A stretch of 64,000 nucleotides of DNA, from positions 1-64,000 of the IMG/VR virus record IMGVR_UViG_3300027782_000025; one strand, given 5' to 3'. Within the stretch, counting starts at the first letter, position 1; the number at the start of each line of letters is the position of its first letter. Below, one piece after another: positions 45,579 through 55,283 of this stretch. The translations under genes were made by a program, and so were the position numbers. The notes beneath the pieces were generated by a model, which worked only from the letters and a program-made list of their open reading frames with translations, was not told the origin of the DNA and ran no database searches.

Positions 45579-46901
45579 TCAACCTACACCCAATGGCCCT
45601 ATATCTCTAATATACATCTTATATCTGGATGGGTCTACTGCCTTTAGTATGCCTTCTATTTCTAGCCATCGATGCCCCAAAACATCAGTACAAAACATAT
45701 TTATGATAGGAATATTATTAAGAGCCGTTTCAATATCGAAATCATATATTACCTTCTCCCTGATCTCGTCTGATGTCATTTTTTCGAAGCTTGTTAGAAA
45801 GTAAGGATATTTGCTAATTATTAAGATGTTAGTAACCGGATCATCCCATAGTTTTCCGAAATGTCTTGCGTAATTCATTGCTTCGTGAATACTAGACTGT
45901 ATGATTTGCTCGGCCGCTGGCCAAGGGCGCTCTAAAACATTCCTTGCGTATTCACTAGCGAGGTAATCGACTCTAAGAATGGCCGGTTCGCCTTTTGGCC
46001 ATGGCGCCTTGAGTATCTGATTTGCATAGACATAGCTACTATCAGCATGTCTTGATATTGCATTTTCAGCCTCTGGCCAGCTTTCGTAGCCTTTATCTCT
46101 AGCGAAAATAACTAAATCCGCTGGTTTAATAACTTTCGAATCTACCAGGTCATCAATTTGTTTCGATGATAATCTGCTTAAATCTGATGTTTCATAATAA
46201 TGTCGCCAGTTCTTCTCGTCTTGGTCAGATTCGCCCTCAAGTAAAAAACTTCTCAATTCGCTGTTGATCTGGGCCATATTACTCAAGAATATTTTAGCAT
46301 ATGAACTGCAGTTAGTAGTTTTATGGTCTTGTATATCTTTCTTAGCCTTAGATATTATCTGGTGATCGACGATAGCGCCGTTTTTTCTTCCTGTCCATCT
46401 CTTCCTTAAAATCTTCAGAGCATAGAGGGCGGCAGTTTCGGGATCTGACCCTATTATGCTTTCGCCTAATTCCCATTCTTCCTTAAGAATCGTCATAACA
46501 TATGCTAAAGCGCCCTGTGGTGTTTCGATGATAATTGATTCCGCTGTTCTCCATCTCCCTGATTTATTATGGCTATTGCTTTCGATTATTATAGAAGCAT
46601 AATCGATTAGATTTTTAGGGTCCCGTCGTTCCAGTAGTTCTCTTTCACCAGCCGGCCATCTCTCCCCAATTATATCAGCATAGTCGATTATCTGTTTTAA
46701 AGACATCTCAGCAGGATCTGGTTCACCACTCTTCTCTTCTAGCATAGATATATTCATCGCCTCTGTAAAAAATCCGGCGGCATCATAAAACGAACGCTTG
46801 GCATTTACCGAAACGCTTACTTCTTCTAACAGACGCATACTATCCATACCCAACGGCATTTTTTTAAAGCGGCCAGTATTATGATTTTGCGGGTTTTTCA
46901 T
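45579..46901 (-). CDS. 26-aa repeat solenoid protein, two modules (start uncertain, possibly 46838 MRLLEE)
   Basis: RWPAGE, RWRTAES, WPEAE, WPKGEP, WPAAE repeats. Confidence 0.8.
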   Translation of the reverse strand: MKNPQNHNTGRFKKMPLGMDSMRLLEEVSVSVNAKRSFYDAAGFFTEAMNISMLEEKSGEPDPAEMSLKQIIDYADIIGERWPAGERELLERRDPKNLIDYASIIIESNSHNKSGRWRTAESIIIETPQGALAYVMTILKEEWELGESIIGSDPETAALYALKILRKRWTGRKNGAIVDHQIISKAKKDIQDHKTTNCSSYAKIFLSNMAQINSELRSFLLEGESDQDEKNWRHYYETSDLSRLSSKQIDDLVDSKVIKPADLVIFARDKGYESWPEAENAISRHADSSYVYANQILKAPWPKGEPAILRVDYLASEYARNVLERPWPAAEQIIQSSIHEAMNYARHFGKLWDDPVTNILIISKYPYFLTSFEKMTSDEIREKVIYDFDIETALNNIPIINMFCTDVLGHRWLEIEGILKAVDPSRYKMYIRDIGPLGVG

Positions 46902-46984
46902 GCGTTTGTCGGTAAAGATTTTATGCCTTATACTTTATATTTACAGAAATACATAATTTTGATACAGTGGGTAAAGGAGGATTT

Positions 46985-47461
46985 ATGAACATTTTCGTGT
47001 TAGATTTAGACCCTAAGAAGGCGGCTTTATATCATTTTGATAAACATGTCACTAAGATGGTGCTTGAGACAAGCCAAATGCTCTGTACGGCATTGCATTC
47101 ACATTCCAGTTTACCTGATATACCGTATAAACCGGCTCATCCAAAGCATCCCTGCACTATCTGGGCTGCGTCTTGCAGATGTAATTATCAATGGTTATGT
47201 GATTTAGGTCACGCTTTGTCTGAAGAATATACTCATAGATATGGGAAAATCCACAAATGTGCCTCTGTGATTAATTATTGTGCTTCCCACTTGAATTCTA
47301 TAACCGAAGGTGCTTTAACGCAATTCGCCCAAGCCATGCCAGATGAGTATAAACATAACAATCCGGTTGAAGCCTATCGAAATTTTTATCGTCATGGCAA
47401 GGCCTACTTCTCACATGTCTGGACAAGACGCGATAGACCTAACTGGTGGGAAACCGCTTAA
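46985..47461 (+). CDS. Pyrimidine-dimer DNA glycosylase / endonuclease V-like
   Basis: MNIFVLD...DKHVTKMVLE..QML; HPKHPCTIW; EY..RYGK.H; QAMPDEYK..VEAYR. Confidence 0.8.
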   Translation: MNIFVLDLDPKKAALYHFDKHVTKMVLETSQMLCTALHSHSSLPDIPYKPAHPKHPCTIWAASCRCNYQWLCDLGHALSEEYTHRYGKIHKCASVINYCASHLNSITEGALTQFAQAMPDEYKHNNPVEAYRNFYRHGKAYFSHVWTRRDRPNWWETA

Positions 47462-47504
47462 AAAAAATATATTTATATATCGTTTTGCGAATGGAGCCAC
47501 AGAG

Positions 47505-48986
47505 ATGCGTTTATTATCGATTCTAGAGGGTATTTGGCCCCATAACATTAAATTACACGGTCCTTATTCAGAGCCGGTGAATGTTTATCTGGCTCTTGAC
47601 GGTGTTCTTTCGGAGCCTGATTGGGGCGAAATGGCACACAGATATAAGACCGATAAAAACCTTAAAGCATTCTATGCTAGGGTTATAAAAAACCAGAAAT
47701 TGATCGATACAGCTGCTAACTTAATTAAAAGCGTTAATTCGCAGGACACCGGCAAAAAAGGTAACTTATACATTGCCGCCTATTCGATACCTAGGGATTT
47801 AAGAATTAACCCTACTGTGCTTCAGCAAGCGATCATTGATTGGGCGCACGATAATTATCCTCAGATACCTCAGGCTAATATCCTGTTTAGTAAACCAAAG
47901 GGTGTAGGCGCGAGCGATATATTAGTCGATAGAAATATCGATAATATTAGAGGATGGCAAGAATCGCAGGGTGTTGGTATTCTATACGATGCTAATAAAC
48001 CTACCTTCGCCATTCGGAGCCTTAAAGCTCCCCCAGGTCCGATGTCAGCCAAAATAGATGTCGAAAAAGAAGGGATGTTTACTACTGATTTTTCTCGTGA
48101 AGATCGAAAATTATCTCAAACAGGCCAATTCCAGATAAAAGACGAAGAAGACGGTGTTCTTAGAAACTATCGCGTCTTTATTGATAAAATCGCGCTAAGG
48201 ACTGAGAGCGGTGAATCTAAGAAGATGTCAGTATTTTCACCTTATTCTACTGATAACAAAGCTGAACAATATCTGTTCGGCTTATTAAAGAAAGAGAAAG
48301 ATCCTAATCCTTCGAGCCCTGACCCAGAACACGCTGAATATGCTCTAAATGAATTTGTAGAAAGAGCCGCTGTATGCCTTTCAGATAATTTCTTGAAAAA
48401 AGCAGGGCCATTTGGTTCGATCCACATTCCGGCTTCTGGGTCAGAAGTGGCGATTAATTTCGCTTCTGTGCTCCAGGACGAATTAGGCATTCCTAGTGAC
48501 AGCATTTATGTGTGGACTAAAAATAAAGACCCACAAAGCGTCATCGTTAATCAAGAAGGCGTTAAACAAGTTGCATATGGTAACTTAGTAAGAGACTTTA
48601 AACTTACTTCAAACACCCGTTCAAAGAAAGAAGTTAAAAGCGATAACGAAAGACTAGTCTTTGATGCTCTACGAAGCGGTGCGATTACTAATGATCAGCT
48701 TGAGGAATATCTAAATAAAATAAATATGTCATGGAAAAAGCAAGCTACTGAGTGGGTTTTAGGTAATAAGGCCACGAAAAATCTTGATCCACATATAAGA
48801 CGCGGTAATTTATTGAATCTATATGTTCCGCCAGCGAATCTAGATGTCGAGTCGCTTGCGGGTACTAAGGTCTTACTAGCAGATGACGTCGTTACATTTG
48901 GGATGACCCTTATTAATATCGCCACAAGTCTACTCAAGGCTGGCGCTGAAGATATCACAGCTGCCACAATTTACAAGTTCATGTAG
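47505..48986 (+). CDS. Protein with MRLLSILE leader and C-terminal phosphoribosyltransferase domain
   Basis: VLLADDVVTFGMTL..IA..L..AGA PRPP-binding loop; SD GGAG before ATG 47505. Confidence 0.75.
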   Translation: MRLLSILEGIWPHNIKLHGPYSEPVNVYLALDGVLSEPDWGEMAHRYKTDKNLKAFYARVIKNQKLIDTAANLIKSVNSQDTGKKGNLYIAAYSIPRDLRINPTVLQQAIIDWAHDNYPQIPQANILFSKPKGVGASDILVDRNIDNIRGWQESQGVGILYDANKPTFAIRSLKAPPGPMSAKIDVEKEGMFTTDFSREDRKLSQTGQFQIKDEEDGVLRNYRVFIDKIALRTESGESKKMSVFSPYSTDNKAEQYLFGLLKKEKDPNPSSPDPEHAEYALNEFVERAAVCLSDNFLKKAGPFGSIHIPASGSEVAINFASVLQDELGIPSDSIYVWTKNKDPQSVIVNQEGVKQVAYGNLVRDFKLTSNTRSKKEVKSDNERLVFDALRSGAITNDQLEEYLNKINMSWKKQATEWVLGNKATKNLDPHIRRGNLLNLYVPPANLDVESLAGTKVLLADDVVTFGMTLINIATSLLKAGAEDITAATIYKFM

Positions 48987-49447
48987 AATATAAACGTTCT
49001 ACTTAAAAATTCGATCGTTTTTTCACATATACCTGGAGAGGTCTTCTCAGAATTCCCAGCTATATTAAGAACTTTTATGTCTTTGTCTTTAATCCATTGG
49101 GCCAGTTCTTCTGGCATTATGTCAAGTTCAAAAGGATTTATATCCATATATGGCTTGCCGGCCAGCATGATCTCCTTGTATGTCAGTTTTTCGCCTGGAG
49201 AATTCCATTTGGTCGAAAACCTAACAGTACCATCTGAAGTCTGCACATTTGCTTTAGTGCGTGGTGGATAGTTAGGGCTGTTGTGTTCTCTCATCCCGTA
49301 GACAGAAGCGAATTCAGATCGATAGCCGTCGTGAGCTAAAAAACCTGAAGGCATATAGCCTCCAGTAATAAAGCCAGCAGCCTTAGCAGCTATAAGACCT
49401 GCTCTATCTGCACCTGTTTGCCCGCCTGAAATAACTTTTTTAAGCAT
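48971..49447 (-). CDS. SLOG-superfamily (YpsA / putative Mo-carrier-like) protein
   Basis: KVISGGQTGADRAGL; YPPRTKANV; VLNIAGN. Confidence 0.85.
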   Translation of the reverse strand: MLKKVISGGQTGADRAGLIAAKAAGFITGGYMPSGFLAHDGYRSEFASVYGMREHNSPNYPPRTKANVQTSDGTVRFSTKWNSPGEKLTYKEIMLAGKPYMDINPFELDIMPEELAQWIKDKDIKVLNIAGNSEKTSPGICEKTIEFLSRTFIFYMNL

Positions 49448-49448
49448 C

Positions 49449-49730
49449 TTATACCCCATTATTAAGATTACGTTCTTTACATAGCCAGACCTTGTCGACA
49501 TTATTTAACACATATAACCCAGGAGAGCCATATTTCTCGCATGTTCCCACATAGGATTTATCGTTCTTTTTATTATGCACATAGCCTTTACGTGTTAACC
49601 TGTGAATCGCTTTCCTGATTGCAGCGAGGTCGTAAATGTCGGTTCTAGCAGCTAGTTCTTTAAATCCGTAACCATGTAAATCATCCATCACGTCTATTAA
49701 CGCCAATTCTACTTCATCCAGCTCTTCCAT
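49449..49730 (-). CDS. Small HTH-like protein
   Basis: FKELAART...IRKAIHRLTRKGYV. Confidence 0.55.
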   Translation of the reverse strand: MEELDEVELALIDVMDDLHGYGFKELAARTDIYDLAAIRKAIHRLTRKGYVHNKKNDKSYVGTCEKYGSPGLYVLNNVDKVWLCKERNLNNGV

Positions 49731-49759
49731 TATCTGTCTACTTTCTAAATCATACCGCT

Positions 49760-49830
49760 AAAATAAACTGACTGGCGCAAGGATTGTTCACACTACCTCA
49801 ACGAGAGATAGTGCCAGTGCGCCAGCCATG
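49760..49830 (-). ncRNA. Structured leader/attenuator or sRNA
   Basis: 11-bp + 9-bp stacked stems followed by UUUAUUUU, just after promoter 49835-49863. Confidence 0.4.
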
Positions 49831-49865
49831 ACCCTTTGTAACAGATTAAATATCCGGTTGCAATT

Positions 49866-50600
49866 CTATCTAGAACCATACATGAAATGATAAGCTGTCA
49901 TATCTTCGATTTCATTTAAGTTATGGGTATCGAATTCTGTGATACTACGAAAGAATGGCGGATCCATTTTCGCTAAACAGGCCACACCACGCTGACACTT
50001 TGCGATAAATTCCGTTTTAGTCTTACATAAATAATGATTAATCTGGGCAATGTCTGCAGGACCGTCTGGGTTATAAGGCCCATTAAACAGCTTTTTATTA
50101 GTATCTCCGATAACACAATTTGGATTGTGAATATCCATGATTGCATCCCTTGATAGTCTTAGATTTAATATCGATTTTATATGCTGATCCACATGAGCAC
50201 CACGCTTTGTAAATCTCTTGATCGTACTGTAGTCTATGATCTTCCCTTTGTGCCCATTGTCCCCAAAAAGGTACCAATTTATACCTAAAGCCGGTAGATC
50301 TTCATATTCCTTTAAAAAATCACCGATATTATTGTGTTTTTTTAAAACCATGAATTCATCAACATCGAGAAATGCCGCCCAATCGAAATTATTTCGATTG
50401 TTATCTAGAAAAAGATTATAACAAATGGTTTGCTTACACTGTCCATTGGCTGTGAGAAATCTTGCTTTTTCGTTCTTAGTCTTAGATTCCCAATCATTTT
50501 GGTAAACAAAGATTTCATCGAAACCTAATTTTTTATGATAATCGATCCATTCATCAATATAATTGTCTTCATTTTTTGCAATGCAGACTAATGCGATCAT
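49866..50600 (-). CDS. Glycosyltransferase family 92/2-like
   Basis: CIAKNEDNYIDEWIDYH..LGFD; WAAFLDVDEF. Confidence 0.8.
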   Translation of the reverse strand: MIALVCIAKNEDNYIDEWIDYHKKLGFDEIFVYQNDWESKTKNEKARFLTANGQCKQTICYNLFLDNNRNNFDWAAFLDVDEFMVLKKHNNIGDFLKEYEDLPALGINWYLFGDNGHKGKIIDYSTIKRFTKRGAHVDQHIKSILNLRLSRDAIMDIHNPNCVIGDTNKKLFNGPYNPDGPADIAQINHYLCKTKTEFIAKCQRGVACLAKMDPPFFRSITEFDTHNLNEIEDMTAYHFMYGSR

Positions 50601-50616
50601 AGTGCGCCTTTAAAAA

Positions 50617-50646
50617 TGATCACGCCACTTACACTGGCGTGATAGG
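50617..50646. terminator. Intergenic hairpin
   Basis: ATCACGCCA/TGGCGTGAT between radical SAM and GT genes. Confidence 0.45.
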
Positions 50647-50654
50647 ATCATCGA

Positions 50655-51614
50655 CTAGACACCTATTTCATCTCCGTATGCTTTAGCTACCATCTGTTGA
50701 CCCGATCTCATATCAAGCCAGACTTTGCGTTCGTGGTCGCTCCAGATAGGTAATTGATTAGGAGCTAAATGTGCTACTTTAATTCTAGCATCCTGCCATC
50801 TCTTGTAATAGGCCTCCTTCCACGCGAGATAGTCAGCCTTTACTAGCATTGTAGCCTCGATCTTAGGCCAATCAAGCTCAGGGATCTCAAGGCAAGCCCT
50901 ACGGAATGCCTCAAAAGATTCCTTATAAGGCTGCATCGGATCAACAAAGTATTCATCAACCCCTATCTCAGCAAGCTTGGTAGCGAATTCTTCTATTAAA
51001 TCTTCACTCATCCCTGGCATTATTGGGCTAACATTGACATGCGTCCTGATACCCGCAGCCTTGAGCTGCTTAATAACTTCCCACCTTCTTTCTGTCGTAG
51101 GACTAAATGGCTCGATAGCCCTCAGAAGCTTAGCTGGGAAGGGTGTGATTGTAAAATGTACTCTAGCTTGCGGGAGTCTTTTAATTAATTCGATGTCTTG
51201 GAGAACGAGAGGTGATCTGGTGAAAATGCCTACTTTTTTGAAACGTGGGACTCCGTCGGCCAAAATAGCCTCCAACGCGGATCTGGTAATCCGATATTTT
51301 AATTCGGCTGGCTGGTAGGGGTCAGTCATTGTGCCGATTACTAGCCTTGCATCTTGAATAAATATCGTTGTATTTGCATCTAACCTAACGTAGCCTTTCG
51401 AAATCTCCTTAGGGAGCTTTTCAGAAACGTGCGCTCGCACTCTTACGAAATCACCCCATTCTCGATCTTCATCTTTCACGAAGAATCTTACATAACAGTA
51501 AGTGCAACCAAATTTACAACCAACGTAGGTGTTTAGACATACGTCGTAGTTTTTAAAACCGCTCTTCGTTAGGAGCTTTGATCTTGTGGCGACAGTCATC
51601 AGTTCTTTGGCCAT
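50655..51614 (-). CDS. Radical SAM protein, spore-photoproduct-lyase-like family
   Basis: GCKFGCTYCY (CxxxCxxC); GTMTDPYQPAE; FTRSPLV..D; promoter at 51659-51687 (-). Confidence 0.85.
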   Translation of the reverse strand: MAKELMTVATRSKLLTKSGFKNYDVCLNTYVGCKFGCTYCYVRFFVKDEDREWGDFVRVRAHVSEKLPKEISKGYVRLDANTTIFIQDARLVIGTMTDPYQPAELKYRITRSALEAILADGVPRFKKVGIFTRSPLVLQDIELIKRLPQARVHFTITPFPAKLLRAIEPFSPTTERRWEVIKQLKAAGIRTHVNVSPIMPGMSEDLIEEFATKLAEIGVDEYFVDPMQPYKESFEAFRRACLEIPELDWPKIEATMLVKADYLAWKEAYYKRWQDARIKVAHLAPNQLPIWSDHERKVWLDMRSGQQMVAKAYGDEIGV

Positions 51615-51754
51615 TGCATTTCTCCATGATTAGTGATAGTCCCAGTACGACACTAATACATGTAGCAAATATGCTAATCTTTGTAAATTATGTGGCTGAG
51701 TAAAGATCGCCCAAAATCTACTCAGCCACAGCACCTCCGAGGAGATGAAAAGAA

Positions 51755-52252
51755 TTACTCGTTAGAACCAAGTAAAAAATTAAAAGGATGAGATAATATG
51801 CTTTCCACCTCTTGGGCTGCAGACAAAAGACTATCACGATTAGTAATCGGGACGATTGTGTCTACAAGGTCAGGATATTTATTATAAATCTTGCTAAGCC
51901 ATTCTAATTTGGCGCCTAGATTGGAAGTATTACTAGTCTGAGCAATAGGTTCTAAATTATTGCCTTGAGCCTTAAATGCATTTGTTCTCGGCTTTCGCTC
52001 TAAACCTTGAGCTTGATCGTCTGCGATCTTCCAAGTCTTGACGATACGACCGTAACGACTCCTTGAACCTGCAGGTATTATTTTACCATCACGATAAAGC
52101 TTGTATCGACTCTGTGTCCCTTTTTGAACATCGACACCAATTCGGCGACAGATTTCGTTATCGCTCAATCCTGGCGTGTTAGTAAGACTTTCTAAAACGC
52201 GCGTGCTGATACTGCTACTCTGACGGTTATGAGACTTTTGAAGTGAAGCCAT
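51755..52252 (-). CDS. Winged-HTH-like protein
   Basis: PGLSDNEICRRIG...RYKL..DGKI..AGSR..YGR..KTW. Confidence 0.6.
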   Translation of the reverse strand: MASLQKSHNRQSSSISTRVLESLTNTPGLSDNEICRRIGVDVQKGTQSRYKLYRDGKIIPAGSRSRYGRIVKTWKIADDQAQGLERKPRTNAFKAQGNNLEPIAQTSNTSNLGAKLEWLSKIYNKYPDLVDTIVPITNRDSLLSAAQEVESILSHPFNFLLGSNE

Positions 52253-52319
52253 TATTGCCTCCTAAGCTTGGTTATGGTTATCGAAGCTAAGAATACAATA
52301 CATGGATAATTTATCCGAT

Positions 52320-53390
52320 TTATTCTTGCTCAAGATCTGAAAGGTCAAGACCATCATCTTTGAGAAGCTCTGATACTATGAAATTATTGTTTTCTATGAA
52401 AGATTCTAAATCTTCAAAGCCAGCCAATACCGTCGCATAAAATTTAAGCTGACTTCTAGCATGACCACTTAATTCTTTAAGCTTTATCATCTCGCGTTCT
52501 AATGCCGGATCGTCCCAAAAATAAGTCGTCAACGAGCCAACAGCATAATTAAGAGCTTGTCTAGTGTCTGTCTTAATTATACCCTCAGCCTCTCTCCAAC
52601 GCTCTTCTAGAATCTCGTTAGCATAATCTACACAGCATTCGGCATTTTTTAATTCTAAGAGTGCGTCTTCGCCATCAGGCCAAGAGCCTTTAACATGAAT
52701 ACAATATTCACATATCGCTCTAGGGTTTGTTAAGATAACTGGTTCGCCTTCTGGCCAAGGCTCACCCATGATGTCTTTAGCGTATAAATAGCAAGCATAC
52801 GCACTTTTTAGCACATATGGTTTAGCTAATTCGAATATCTCATCCCTATATTCAGGACTTACTTTATATGAATTAAGGAATTGTACAACTTGTATCGGCC
52901 TCCATAATTTAAATTCGGGTATCTCGTAAGGCCCGACCCACGCTTCAATGATTGATCTCTTTTCCATGAGCGAATCTATAGCGTTTTCGAGTTTTTCGTT
53001 TAACATTGAATCAAGACCATCGCTTGATAACAGATCCTCGATCTTTAAATTAAATGATTTACAATAAATAGGTGCCCAAACCATAGATTCGGCTATGGTT
53101 TTATTGGCTCTCTGGTTTTTCCAGCGTTCGTGCATTATATCCTGAGCATACCTAACAGCAGAGGTCGGGTCTTTAGCTATAGTGTCTTCTGCATCAGGCC
53201 ATCTTATAGGAATACCGTGGTTATTTTTATTTATTACATTTTTGGCATACAGATATGATAAGTAAGGGTCAGTTTTAATTATATTTTCATTTTCGAAAAT
53301 CCTAAGACCTGTTAAAACAGCTGATTTATAACATTCCGCCGGCGATTTTATTTTTTGGGTAATGCTCTTTTTAACAGCATGATTAAGCAT
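52320..53390 (-). CDS. 26-aa repeat solenoid protein, two modules
   Basis: RWPDAE/WPEGEP/RWREAE repeats; internal LENAIDSLMEKRSIIE; tail DLSDLEQE. Confidence 0.8.
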   Translation of the reverse strand: MLNHAVKKSITQKIKSPAECYKSAVLTGLRIFENENIIKTDPYLSYLYAKNVINKNNHGIPIRWPDAEDTIAKDPTSAVRYAQDIMHERWKNQRANKTIAESMVWAPIYCKSFNLKIEDLLSSDGLDSMLNEKLENAIDSLMEKRSIIEAWVGPYEIPEFKLWRPIQVVQFLNSYKVSPEYRDEIFELAKPYVLKSAYACYLYAKDIMGEPWPEGEPVILTNPRAICEYCIHVKGSWPDGEDALLELKNAECCVDYANEILEERWREAEGIIKTDTRQALNYAVGSLTTYFWDDPALEREMIKLKELSGHARSQLKFYATVLAGFEDLESFIENNNFIVSELLKDDGLDLSDLEQE

Positions 53391-53405
53391 TAAATATCTC
53401 TATTA

Positions 53406-55127
53406 TTACACGTAGGAAGCTTCTTGAGCGCCTAAGGTCGGCACATCTATCTTGAGATCCTGTAACTTTTTTATAACATCAGCATATAACAATTGACCTT
53501 TTTTCTTAGGATCATTTTGATCGACTATAGTCGAGAGTGCCTGCCATATTTCTAGAGGTACCAATTCGACCATCTTGGCTGTGAACTTATTAAATCTTAT
53601 CAGCGTTACTAAAGAACGAATATCGCCGCACAAGCATACCACCACCCTTGGATCGCCCATAATATCTTCGGCCCCAGCACCAGAGCTTAAAAACTGAACC
53701 ATTGGCGCAGGGAAGGTTTTTCTATCTGACACAGGCCTTCTTAGCCCTAAAAATAGTTCCTTGGTCGCTGTTTTGCCTATAACCAGATGGCCCGCTGCGT
53801 GGTAAATGACTGAGCCGTATATCGTTGGTTTTCTCACAAATAGGCTAACGATTTCTTTTGTACTATCAGAGATCTCTAATTCGGAGTCACTAGCTAATCC
53901 GTAGCCGCTAGCTGAACCGGTACCAGCCAAATAGAGTTCGGATAAGCCTAATATTTGCAAGGTTTGCATTAAAGATGAGGTATCGAAATCTGCGCCAGCA
54001 TCGTTTAATTTGTATTTCACTTCGTTCCTTGCATTGTCGATAAGAGGTTTAACTGCTATAGAGATAAATTTAGGATTCCTAGCGAGTTGAAGGCTATCGA
54101 CTATTTGTGATCTTAACTGTGGATTATTTGTTACCTGTTCAACACCACCAAACCTGACTATCCCAGCGATATTTTCAGCTTGAACTTCCTGATAGTTTTT
54201 GATGTAACCTATCGTTTCATCCTGAGTAGCGCCCTCTGGTGGGCTATAAGATAACATCGTCTTAGCCGCCATCATCGCAGTCAAAAACATCTTATTAATG
54301 TTCGTATCCACTTTATTTCCGACCTCTGCGCCAGAGCGATCCATGAACTGCTCGTCTTTCCCCTTCACTACTGTTTGGTAGGTAGCCACTTTATCCTTAA
54401 ACATTGTATAGATAGAATCATTTTTAAGATAATTCTCAGCTCTGCTGCCGTTAGGATAATCAGTCCTAGTGCACCATTTCGACCCCATACCAGCCTCTGC
54501 TAAAGACGTGATTACGGTTTCTGGTTCTAAGCCAAAATTTTTAGCCAAGTCCAATCGAGGATACATGTAGACCTCATACCCATTTTGGTCTAGCATCTTT
54601 ACAGCACCGCTTGTGACAATGGGATTGAAAGCTGTGGCCTTCTTATTTCTTAACTTGTCCATAAGATTTTGGGAGGCAATCAGTGCGCTTCTTATATCAT
54701 GTTTAAGTAAGTCTGTAGGTACTTCGGGAAAATTCTTTTTTAGTTGGTCTTTTCGTCCTGGATTACTAAAAAATTGGATAAGTTCGACCATACTTGCTGT
54801 ATCTTCAGGCAGTTTAATCTGTGGATTATCGCTTGGCATATTCCGGAATCCGTCGATAGCGATTTTACCATCATTGAATTGTGCTGATATCCACGGCTTT
54901 TTTAGGAATTCGGTACCGACCACCCACTTTTTCGTCGGTGTCGGATCACAGTCAGATATAATTTTTACCAATTCTGCTGCCTTACCCAGGTCTTGTGATT
55001 CAATACCAGATGATTTAGGATCAATCGATGGCATCTTATCTCCGCACATAAACTGTATTCTTTTTGGGTCTAGTTTCGATAAGACTTTTTGGATATCAGT
55101 ATTTTCGAGAATTAAGGATAACTTCAT
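53406..55127 (-). CDS. Hypothetical with MKLSLILE leader (putative head protein)
   Basis: 573 aa; GSKWCTR motif. Confidence 0.75.
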   Translation of the reverse strand: MKLSLILENTDIQKVLSKLDPKRIQFMCGDKMPSIDPKSSGIESQDLGKAAELVKIISDCDPTPTKKWVVGTEFLKKPWISAQFNDGKIAIDGFRNMPSDNPQIKLPEDTASMVELIQFFSNPGRKDQLKKNFPEVPTDLLKHDIRSALIASQNLMDKLRNKKATAFNPIVTSGAVKMLDQNGYEVYMYPRLDLAKNFGLEPETVITSLAEAGMGSKWCTRTDYPNGSRAENYLKNDSIYTMFKDKVATYQTVVKGKDEQFMDRSGAEVGNKVDTNINKMFLTAMMAAKTMLSYSPPEGATQDETIGYIKNYQEVQAENIAGIVRFGGVEQVTNNPQLRSQIVDSLQLARNPKFISIAVKPLIDNARNEVKYKLNDAGADFDTSSLMQTLQILGLSELYLAGTGSASGYGLASDSELEISDSTKEIVSLFVRKPTIYGSVIYHAAGHLVIGKTATKELFLGLRRPVSDRKTFPAPMVQFLSSGAGAEDIMGDPRVVVCLCGDIRSLVTLIRFNKFTAKMVELVPLEIWQALSTIVDQNDPKKKGQLLYADVIKKLQDLKIDVPTLGAQEASYV

Positions 55128-55283
55128 ACGATATTTTCTCATATCTGGCAAGTATTATATTTTTATATTTTATTAAAATCATGATACATATCTAATGATA
55201 AAAAGACACCAGTTATGTAGCTAATAGAGCCGTGCCAAATATAAAATATGTACCAATAACTTATTAAGAACAATTTTAAAAGC

